DNA of 64,000 nt. Source: Trichoplax adhaerens (taxonomy: Eukaryota; Animalia; Placozoa). Below the pieces are notes generated by a model. The model had not been told where the DNA came from. It was given only the letters and a program-made list of their open reading frames with translations, and did not search any database. The DNA lies in contig NW_002060946.1 in assembly GCF_000150275.1 (NCBI RefSeq), positions 2,375,454-2,439,453 of the forward strand, in the 5' to 3' direction. The translations under genes were made by a program, and so were the position numbers. Below are positions 26,601 to 43,607 of this stretch, piece after piece. Position 1 is the first letter of the stretch, and each line of letters opens with the position of its first letter.

Positions 26601-29600
26601 CGATAACAGGATAATATATTCAAAATAGATAAGTTTCCGATTCAATATACTGATATAGTACTAAGCATTGTATATTATTATAAACCGATAAAGTGCTATT
26701 TTGCTTTAACTAATCTCATGTATATCGACATTAAGTCTACGAAATTTCTCTTTTAATACAAATCAGTAATGTTTTACTATATTATTAAGAGATATTCAAA
26801 TAAATATCAATAATATTGTATTTATAATAGCCGCAATTTGTCTTGATGATATCAAATTATTGCTTTACACCTTTCGGTAAATATAATTTATAATTAAAAT
26901 AATTGGTTATACCACAACGATTTAGCTGTAAGATACTAATCCAATTTTTCCGAAAAACAGTTACAGATTAAATGATTAAAGTCTATTTTATCTGTAATTT
27001 ACTGAACAGCATACGATATATACGTTGAACAGGGTTATAACATCTCCACTAAGATCGTCGCTTCAATTAAATCTTCTTCATAAAATTATCATTTAGAATT
27101 TAGAATTTAGAAAATGCATTGGGATGATAGTCGCAATGTACAGAAATAGGCGTTAAGGCTATAGCTTTTGATGAGCAATAAAGAAATGATGATGATGTCT
27201 TAAAATAGATTAATAAATGATACTTTTTTAATTTGCTAGTAACATAGACAGTCATCCATTTTAACATTACAGATCGCAATAAAGATCGTATCTCGTACTA
27301 CTATTATCTCTCGATACTTTTTCGATATTAAGATGATAGAAATGAGTAATAAATATTGTCCTTCATAACTATAAATTATAGTTATTTTACACGAGTATAC
27401 ACGATAATAAATGATGTAAAACCTAATGTTGCACGTAATACAATACTTGGGTCCAAAAAGATTATACAAACATTTCACTATTACATTACTGTACATAACA
27501 TATAACCAAGGGTAAGCAATATCCAACAGTTAAAGATCAGAAAATTTCAACATTAATTCAGCAATTCGAATTGCAGATGGGTATTTACCGTGTGCCATTA
27601 AAAATTTGGTAATTAAATCAACATTCCAATCGCGTCCACGACCATATTTTTCACCTTCGAGTGTTTCACCAAATAAGGTATATAGCTAATATGAATAAAA
27701 ATGATTTCATTAATTACAATAGCTGGGTAATAAAGTATTTATTCATGGCTACTGGCAATATGCAAGCAGATTATTTTAGCACTATGGATATTCTACAATT
27801 CTTGAGAAGCGGATGTACAAAACAAGCATGATCAATTCAAGTATATTGCATTACCGATTCCAATGGGCTCATCGATGCACTTTCTGCACCATAATAATTG
27901 TTGCGGTCTAGATGGAGTACTTTGCGACCTTCAACTGATAAGATACCGCTAAGGATGCATTCCTAAACCAATTTTTTAAGCCAATAGTACAGTATATCAA
28001 ATTCCAATTTAAGTAAATTAAAAACAAGTTCTTTAATCATAAATATTGATTATTCAAATTGAAGCTCTTTATTAACTCAAGTAGTATTGACATCTGAAGT
28101 ATTTCGGTTACATTTTTAATGTGATTGGTGGCGGCATAAACTATATGACATGGTAGTTATACTACTACAATGATGATTGCAATCAGAACATAAAGACGAA
28201 ATGTACGTATATTACTAAATTACAGCAATACGATATCTACTGTATCTTACGTTTTTATCAACATATTTTCACCAATTTTTTATTGCTCTTTTCGTAAGAA
28301 GATATAAAATACTTAATACTTAATAGCAAAGGTGAGGAAGAAGATACTAATGTAACCCGTAATTTCATGTCAGCGCTAATCTACTGCAAATTTAAAATAA
28401 TGATAAACCGTGGTATTTGTGAAGATTTATGGGGCATCAGTTAAGTGTGCAAATTTATCGTTTCGTTAATAGAACTAATTCGATAACGATTAAGATATCG
28501 TTTTTATACATCATTTACAGAAACACAACATTGGAGAATTATTATTCTCGTAAATAAGAACGAGCGATATTAATTTTACATTTATATCAATTAAGATACC
28601 CAATATCTCCCCTCACTATAATCGAATTATAAGGATTTTAAATACAGTAAAACATTACAGAGTAGATTCTTAAATATAGATCACCTACAAATGAGTATTC
28701 TACAGTGTCATCTTAAATTAACAGGAGATTATACTATACGGAGGAACATACAACATACTTAGTATAAAGTAAGTAAATTTTACTACTCAGTGAGATGCTG
28801 CTGGTGAATAGACACTTTAGATAAGTAATAAAGCTAGTCTTGCTAGCATTTGAAACTTGGATAAAGCACTGTAAGCCGTGTCAAGATGATAGGGAAATAA
28901 ACATCATTAAAACTCGATTAGTCATTTGTACGCGTGGAACATTTTATCGCTTATGTTTCTCTAAACTCGTAGTGTGTATTCGATTAAAGTAATTTCCACT
29001 GACGTTTGCCTATTTGATTCCAACATAACAACAGTCGTCTATGCTGTAGAAGTGTTATTACTTGAATGAAAATCAGGACAAATTCATATCTTATTCACTG
29101 TGATAAGCTGATACGAGATAAATTATAGTTTCATAACAAGATCATGAGATTTACATAATGACCAAAAGTTCCATTAGATCAGGTAACTCTAAAGCATCAT
29201 GCTAGATGCTCTTTAATCTCTTTTCCTTTCTAATAGTAAGTTTCAATTTTAATAATGGTCGATTAGTAGCAATATTATTGTTTTAATGAGAAATAAGACA
29301 ACTAGTATAGTTTTCTAATTGAGATATTACTTTACTAAATCATGAAGAGATGAAATGAAGTATCAATGAAGATTGTGCTACCGTAAACACCGGATGCTAC
29401 TTTGATCCTTTCTTTCTCCTCATATCTTCAAACAGTAGTCGTATATACAGTAATAATGTTATTATCTGAAAGATAAACCAGTCTACCATTGTATAATTGC
29501 CTGATTTGTGTTTTTATTAGGTTATGGTGTAATAAAAGGAAGTACAAATAAAATAGTGAAACTTTATACAATTATTACAACATAAATAGATAAAATGACG

Positions 29601-29910
29601 CCACTCTAGGCGCTAAGAGCCCCAACTACCCTTATTTTTCTTACTTTTAATCCGCTTTACACAGCATTCTATAACTATGTGTGGCCATAAATAAAGTTGG
29701 AGATTACCAGATTGCTAAAGGTAAACTGTAGTTTTATTCCATAATCATCACTCCATGTTTGAATACAGGCCGAACAGTAAGTGAATAATATCTTACACTA
29801 ATACAGATCGACCGATAGATCGATAGATAGATAGATATGCCCGTGTAGAAAGATAGATAATGTTATGTATTCGAGAGAAATGAAAAGCATTTGATCAATT
29901 GCAGTAAACT

Positions 29911-29953
<43 letters not shown>

Positions 29954-29997
29954 CGAGTAGATAGATAGATAGATACGAGTAGATAGATAGATACGAG

Positions 29998-30044
<47 letters not shown>

Positions 30045-30597
30045 GTAGACAGATATTCGGTAGATCCTCTACCGTTATCAAAACCTAAGGGATTTATATA
30101 AAGATTAACAGCCTTCACGCATTAATAAATTCGTACGGTTTCTAGGCAATTAGCTTTACTAATCGTCAAAATAGGGTTAATTTATGGATTATCTATGAAA
30201 TAATTGCCGAAGTGCGTGCAGATGTATTTAAATAATAAAGTGTGTTAGTGATTATTCAGTATCAGTGTGATAAATATACTAGCCCTGGCAAAGTTGGCAT
30301 TTCGCTTTGATGATTTTTCATGTTTAAGCCTATAGGAAAATATTTCAACACTCAATCTAGAGTGATAAGTTGTTTAATAGGCTTAGCTTATCCGCTCGGT
30401 TATGTTGTAAACATACTAATACAGATTTAGAAACCTTTGTGTCGCCGTTCACTTAGAACATCATCCCATAATTGTATTCATTGCTCATCGATTTCGGCAT
30501 ATTATCGTAGATATTATATTATATATCATTTCTAGCCATCATTATCGCTAACCTTTAGACCGGTACCAAGCACAATCACATCATATTCTGAATTCAT
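23627..30597 (-). CDS. GDI: Rab GDP-dissociation inhibitor, divergent paralogue (GDI-B), 13 exons
   Basis: [15 protein letters not shown] / [25 protein letters not shown] / [19 protein letters not shown] / [33 protein letters not shown] / [17 protein letters not shown]...DEAKKQ*. Frame intact in the exons checked, GT-AG introns. Confidence 0.95.
29813..30046. repeat. (ATAG)n microsatellite with atacgagtag interruptions
   Basis: Long GATA run at 29910-30043 plus a short run at 29815-29837. The duplicate unit has only a few copies, near 34055-34075. Confidence 0.95.
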
Positions 30598-30726
30598 AAT
30601 TATCGACAAAATAAAAAGTAAATTCCTAAGATCTAAAACTACGAAATACGGTGTCAAGGAGCCGGTTACTTAATCGTCTGCGAAAAACCGACAGCGAAAG
30701 TACTTTGCAAAACGCTAGGCGCTAGT

Positions 30727-30734
30727 CTTATATA
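30727..30734 (-). promoter_or_regulatory. TATA box of the proximal GDI-B promoter
   Basis: TATATAAG on the minus strand, 130 nt upstream of ATG 30597; conserved in the duplicate unit. Confidence 0.55.
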
Positions 30735-33700
30735 CAGTAGGTGATTAATGTGAATCTACCATCGACTCTGTATACTTAATACTATTAAATGTATTACCTA
30801 TACATTCCTAAAACTCCGTGGGGCTCTTTTATAATCCCCTGAGAATTAAGAGTCCCAGGGGATTAACACACACTAAGGGGTCCCAGGGGATTATCTCATC
30901 AATTCATGTGTTTCCACAATTGTATAAAACGATGAACTATACAATATTATTAATCCTGAACTCCTAAAACGGCCTCATTCTTATCGAGCGTTTATCTTCG
31001 ACTGTGCCGACACTAATTGAACTTCAGTTAATCATAAAGTGCTAGTACGATCGAAAATTATGATTAAAAGTTGTCTATAACTAGTAATTTATTAACGTTG
31101 CGCTTCATGTAGAATATGTATAATACAAGCATGATTAAACGTACACCAATGTATAGAACAGTGGTTCATCTCCAGGTGCTTAGGAGTGGAATAGCGTTGC
31201 TTTATTCTAATAGACTATTTGAAAGTAAGAATTGTATACGTCTGTTCTTCCATTGTGCCTCAGTAGTGGGTAATAACATCTAAACAAGATGGCCGTAGAT
31301 TAAAGTCATTGTACATTACACAATTGAAAGTACAATTATATAATACTAAAGTTAATACTAGAAACTCTCAATCAGGAATAACTCTAAAGCAATTATTTGG
31401 TAATGATATGGATCGGGGTTTATTTTCAACTGTTCTACCTTATACATATCTAATTAACTATTTATTGACTTTTAAAATACTGCGCCTGAAGATGATATGC
31501 AAACTGCCGTACAATTATCTAAACTGATATTCAAGATATGATAACAGCACGATATCTTGTGCTAACGTGTGCTCGTACCGTAATAATCCCTAATTTTAAC
31601 AGGTTATGTGCTATAAAATCTAATTTAGAAAAGGGATTTGTGAGTAAAACATGGTGGTAGTCCGTCATAAACCGCAATAAACTTTTACTAAAAGAACCCA
31701 AATTTGTAATGAATAAAACTCTTTTAAATTTTGGGGGAACTTTCTGAACAGTATGCGTGCACTACTGGTAAAATCTAGAATAATAAAGTGTCACTACACT
31801 GCTACACAAACCAAAGCTAGTCAATAGTATGTAGACAACTAACGTAAAACTGGAACTTATTAAAACGTAAATTAAGCAACTTTTTACAGTATACTGAGCT
31901 ACGCCTCAGTAGATATTGTTACTTCTCTATGTAACACTAAGATTGACAGCGTAATAGTGATCAAAGTGTTGTAGTATCCGAACAGCTCGGTTAAAAGGTT
32001 TACTGTACTAAAAATTGAATATACTGATCAACAAATTGCCCTACAAGTAACTAGCAAATTATTCGTTCAAATGAGCGGGAACATAATCTGCACAAAGCAA
32101 TATATTAAAAGAAAATTCACGGCGAGGTTATCTTAATATACACGCTTCCTAGATAGCAACATCATTTTAATGGTTAAACCTGCATAACTACGAATATGGT
32201 ATGGCTTTCCTCAAACGTAGAAGACTGGTATCTACTGCACATTATGATTTATTAATATCCGATTTTCACCGATTTATTATTACTCATTTCGTGAGAATAT
32301 ATGAAATGTTGATACTTAATAGCAAAGGTAAGAAAGAGGATACTAATGTAGCCTATAATTTCATATCAGTGTCAAATCTATTGCAAATATAAAAAATGAT
32401 AAACCATGATGTTTGTAAAGATTTCTGGATGTATTGTATCAGCAGAGAATTACGCTGGATAAAATCGAGGAAATTATAGCTTTTATCCCAGTCAGTGTCG
32501 AGAAAAATCGTACGTAGCATGCCCAACTGTAGCTACCTGATTATATCAATTTCACGCTATAAGTTAAGCGTGTAAACTTATTTTTTGTTAGAACTAACTC
32601 GATAAACGATTAAGATATCGTTTTTACACTTTATGTATGGAAATACAAAATTGGAGAACTATTACTCTTGTACATAAGAACGAGCGATCGCAGTTTCACG
32701 CGTATACTAATTAAAGTACCCGATATCTCCCCAGTTCAATCGAATTATAAATGTTTTAAATATAGTAAAATACTACAAAGTAGATTATTAAACATAGATC
32801 ATGTGCAGACGAGTATTCTGCAGTGTCATCTTAGGTTAACGACAGATTATACGATACATAGCAACCTAGCGACATACTTAACATAAAGTAAGTAAATTTT
32901 ACTACTCATGCGATGCTACTAGTAAATAGATACTTTAGATGGGCGATAAAGTACTATAATCCGTGTCAAGATAATCGGGAAATAAACGTCATTAAACTCG
33001 ATTAGTCATTTCTACGTGTTGGGCATTTTATCGCTTATATTTCTCTAAACTCGTAGTATGATTTTGATTAAAGTAATTTGAGCTGATAAAGCCTACTTAT
33101 TTCCAACACAATAGCAATCGTATATGCTGCGGTAGTGTTAACGCTTGAATGGAAAATCAAAACTATTTCATGTCTTATTTACTCTAATAAGTTGATACGA
33201 GATAAATTACAGTTTCATTACGATATCAGGAGATTTACATAATGACCAAAAGTACCTATGCTTATTAGATTGGGTAACTTTAGAGCATCGTGCTAGATGC
33301 TCTTTTATCTCTTTTCTTCTCTAATTTCAAGTCTTATTTTAAATAATATTCGATATGTAGCAATACTGCTATTCGGATAGGAAACAATACTACTTGTATA
33401 GTTTTCTAATTGAGATATTACTTTATTAAATCAGGAAGAGATAAAATGAAGTATTAATGAAGGTTGGGCTGCTGTAAGCACTGGATACTACTTTGATCTT
33501 CTTTTTTCTCTTCGTAACTTCAAACAATAGTCTTATATACAGTAATAATGTTATTGCCTGAATGAAAGACAAGTTTACCATTAGATGATTGATTGTCTGA
33601 TTTGTGTTTTTATAACAAAAGGAAGTACGAATAAAATAGTAAGAATTTATATAATTATTGCAATATAAACAGATAAAATGGGGACGCTCTAGAGGATAGA

Positions 33701-34582
33701 AACTCCTTCTACTCTTATTCCGCTTCACATGGTACCCGGATAGTTAATGTTTGCTTATGAATAAAGTTTGAGGTTACTGGTACCGGAACGCTAAATGTAA
33801 ACAGTAGTTTTGCTCTACAATCATCACTCCCTGGTTGATCACAGGCCGAAGCAAAAACGAATATTTATAATACAAAGTAAAAGTAAAAAGTACAAGTACA
33901 CACAGCTGTATACTATAAGCAAAGTATAACGAACGCAGGTTCTACAAATACCTTATAATAATACAGATCAATCCATGGATAGATATATATATAGATAGCA
34001 TTACATATTAGAGAGAAATTAAAAAATGTATTCTCAATTACAGTAAATTAATTATAGATAGATAGATCGATAGATATCCGGTTGACCCTCTAACCTTTAT
34101 CAAAGCTTAAGAGATTGATGTAAAGATTAACGGCTTCCACACACTAATAAATTCGTACGATTTCTAGGCAATTAGCTTTACTAATCGTCAAAATAGGGTT
34201 AATTTATGAATTATCTATTAAATACAGTGACCGTAGTGCGTGTAGATGTAAATAATAAAGTACTGTACGCTAGTGATTATTCAGTATCAGCGTGGTGAAA
34301 TATACCAGTCATGGCAAAGGTGGCATTTTGCTTTGATGATTTTCGATGTTTAAGCCCACAGGGAAATATTTCAACACTCAATCTAGAGTGACAAGTTATT
34401 TAATAGACTTGAGTTATCCACTCGGTTACGTTGTAAACATGCTACTATATATTTAGAAACCATTGTGTCGCCGTTCACTAAGTGCATCTTCCCTTCATTT
34501 CTACTCATCGATTTCGGCATACAGTATATTCATAGATATTATATTATACAGTAAATCATTTCTAGTCATCACTATCGCTAAC

Positions 34583-34627
34583 CTTTAGACCGGTACCAAG
34601 CACAATCACATCATATTCCGAATTCAT
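34583..34627 (-). CDS. GDI: Second intact copy of GDI-B exon 1 ([15 protein letters not shown]), putative alternative first exon
   Basis: 44/45 nt identical to 30553-30597 (TCG vs TCA, synonymous), with ATG and donor AAG|GTTAG retained. No exon 2 follows until 27962. Confidence 0.75.
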
Positions 34628-34758
34628 GATTATCGATAAAATAAAAAGCAAGTTTCTACGATTCAAAACTGCGAAATTCGGTGTCAAAAGGTGTCAGTTC
34701 TTTTATCGTCTACGAAAAACTCCCAATGAAAGTATTTTGCAAAACGCTAGGCGCTAAT

Positions 34759-34766
34759 CTTATATA
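34759..34766 (-). promoter_or_regulatory. TATA box of the distal GDI-B promoter copy
   Basis: TATATAAG on the minus strand, 132 nt upstream of ATG 34627, followed by the same tagcgcctagcgttttgcaaa block as the proximal copy. Confidence 0.55.
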
Positions 34767-36255
34767 TGACATGGCTAAAACCCGATCTCGGCTAAGATGT
34801 ATAATAGCCGGCTATTTACTGTACATTCCTAAAATTGTGAGGGACTCTTTCATAATCCCCTGGGGATTATCTTACCAATTCATGTGCTTCCACAATTATA
34901 TACAACGGTTAACTGTATATTTGAGTGTACAATATTATTAATCCAGAAATAAATTAGCCTCATTCTTATCGAGGATTAATCTTCGGCTGTGCCTACACTA
35001 ATCGAATTTCAGTTAATCACCAAGTGCCAATACGATCGAAGACTATAATTGGAAATCGTCTATGTTTAGTGATTTATCAATTTCATATTTAGTACGTATA
35101 ACACAAGTATGATTAAACGTACAACAGAGTGTAGAATGGTAGTTCGTCTCCAGGTGCTTGTTGCGGGCCCTAAGAGTGGAATATCACCGCTTTGTTCTAA
35201 TGGACTATTTAAGAGTAAGTACTGTATACGTCTGTACTTCGTTTGTGCCTTAGTAGTGGGTAATTATGCCGAAATAAGATGACCGTAGATTCAAGTCGTT
35301 GTACATTACACAATTAAAAATACAAATAGATCGTTGTACAATACTAAAATTAATACTAGAAACTGTCAAGCAGGAGTGACTCTAAAGTTCTAATTATTTG
35401 GATCGGAGTTTACTTTCGACTGTCCTATTTCTATACATATCCAATTGATTAATTATTAGCTTCTAAAATACTACGCTTGAAGATAATATACAAACTACCG
35501 CATAATAATCTAGAATGATATTCAAGATTTGATACCGATACAATATCCTGTACTAACGTGTGCTGGTATGCGTGTACAACTGGCAAAACCCAGAATAATA
35601 ATTACTATAATAAACGTGCCATTCCAGTCGTACACAAATCAAAGCTATTCAATAGTATGTAGACGACTAACGTAAAACTAGAAATTATCAAAACGTAAAT
35701 TAATCAACCCCTTACAGTGTACTGAGCTACGCCTCAATAGATATTATTACTTCTCTATGCAACGTTACGATTGACAGCGTAATAGTGATAAAAGCGTCGT
35801 AATATCCGAATACCCCGGTTAAAAAGGTATACCATACTAAAAATTGAATTTATTGGTCAACATACAGCTTTACAAATAATTATATAACAAATCACCTCAT
35901 TGCTTAAAAGGTTAAATCTATATAACTACATGCAACTATATAAGCATTATTCTAGAATTTTATCTCAGGCACTTATTTTGAATTTTAATACTTCAATTTT
36001 CTAGCGCCAATGTGAAGAACAAAGAGGGGAAAAAAGACCACAGTGTGCAGAGGCAAGATTAAGATCTGCACAAATAGTATAATATGCCGGCTACTAAGTA
36101 CGTCTTTGCTAATAAGAACACTAATGTAGTATTCCGATAACTGAACACTGTAAACGGTGTAACACACGAAGCAATTACAAATTCATCATTACTACATTGC
36201 CAAAGCCAAAGACGTTTTTAGATTTACTTAAAACATTTAGAGAAAGTGTTACCAC

Positions 36256-42158
<5,903 letters not shown>

Positions 42159-42310
42159 GATTGTCGACTAAATTGAGAGCAATTTTTTTCCGATGGAAAC
42201 AACCAAATATCGCCCAAGAATGCAAAAGAGGAGCTGATTCTTTTTTCGTCGTCGACCTGTCCACTGGTTGGTTTGCATGCAGTACGTGGTTACGTGTCTG
42301 CTGTCAACAC

Positions 42311-43095
42311 GCTACAGTACAGTACAGTAGTGTATTGTACTGTAAGGAGGAATTCTTGCAGTTAGAGTACTGTACTGTACAGTACAAATAATCTACAGTG
42401 CTGTACTGTACTGTACACTAGTGTACAGTGTACAGTATAGTAGAAATTGAGATACAGTACTGTACAGTATCATCGTTTAAGCTATTTACGCTGAGTATCT
42501 GAGTAATCGGGGTTATTATGGCTGGGCCTACTGTACAGGTAACAGTACAAGATAGTACAGTACTGTACAGTACTGTGTACAGTATAAGTACTGTATGTAC
42601 AGTACTGTACTGTACTGTACATTGTACTGGTTACAGTGCGAGATAGTGTAAGTATGTACTGTACACTGTACTGTCCGTAACTGTACTGTACAGTATGGTT
42701 TTTTCTGAACTCTACAGTACAGTACTACCGTATGCGAATGCAATGTACTGTACGAGTACCTGAAATCTGGACACGATCAAGATGGTACTGAGCTGTTTCT
42801 TACGTTTCTTTAACTCGTACTCACAAACCCTCATGGCCTACTGTACACTGTACAGTAGAAGCATTTTGAAAGGTAGTATCGCTAGAGTACATTACACTCC
42901 TGCGCTGTTAAAACTCAAGATTGTAGTACCGGGACTTCCAAGACTAATCATAGTCTTCCAAGCCCCTGGTAGTACCATATACTGTACAGTGTACAGTATT
43001 GTCATGGACAAGGACCACTAGAAATACAGTGTACTGTACTGTACTGTACAGTATATCTGGACACTGGACAGTACAGTACTGTACTGTACAGTACC
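42311..43095. repeat. Low-complexity self-complementary CAGTA/TACTG (GTAC-core) tract in the divergent GDI-A / NAA10 intergenic region
   Basis: Dense runs such as tacagtacagtacagt, gtactgtactgtacagtac and tacagtactgtacagtactgt, with frequent strand flips. Confidence 0.9.
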
Positions 43096-43607
43096 AAAAA
43101 GAAAGAGATGGTAAGCGAAACGCTTGTTGACCATACCACTGTAATAATGTGAAAGCTGATTATTTTAAAGCTCATTTCAACTGTATCGCATGTCTGTAAT
43201 GGTGCACTATACTGTCCGCGATCGATATCCAAATTAGCTGCGATTAGCCTACTAAGTTGATTTGAAGCTGCCATTGGGACACGCTTTCTTCAGCAGCGTA
43301 TCGTAGCCACTTTTTACTCAACTCACCTTTGCCTGTCCGTCCCTCTCTCTTTCTTTCCCCAAGTCCTCGGTCGAATGCTACTGTACTTAGTACTGAAGCT
43401 AGTACAGTACTGTAGCCTGTAGGACTGCGACAATCCAACTCGTGTCCTTCTCCAATTCCTTCTTGTGTAAGAAATAGAATTGAGAATTGATTTGGTTCCT
43501 TCTTCATCGAGTGGATATAGATGCTAAATCAATATTTTATCTTTGCTTGTTTTCAACACTAGACTGTACAGTAGGTACTAAGAAAAAATTAATATCCTTC
43601 GATCAAA

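Larger units (their letters stand above)
28200..35880. repeat. ~4 kb tandem segmental duplication (about 28200-32050 vs 32220-35880) covering the GDI-B promoter, exon 1 and most of intron 1
   Basis: Colinear matches at an offset near 4.0 kb, e.g. atacttaatagcaaagg 28316/32312, ttctaggcaattagctttactaatcgtcaaaatagggttaatttatg 30140/34162, and exon 1 at 30553/34583, with many substitutions and indels. Confidence 0.95.

Noticed and set aside
43275-43310. Resemblance to the U4 snRNA 5' end (GCTTT...CAG...GTATCGTAGCCA)
   Set aside because: Similarity stops after about 27 nt. The rest of the 5' stem-loop, the stem I region and the Sm site are missing.
42161-43507. ORFs rich in Y/C/T/V/S/Q here and at 58305-58838 and 60106-60526
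   Set aside because: Translations of the CAGTA/TACTG low-complexity tracts. The ORFs at 29863-30118 (ATAG repeat) and 1215-1618 (minisatellite) are artefacts of the same kind.
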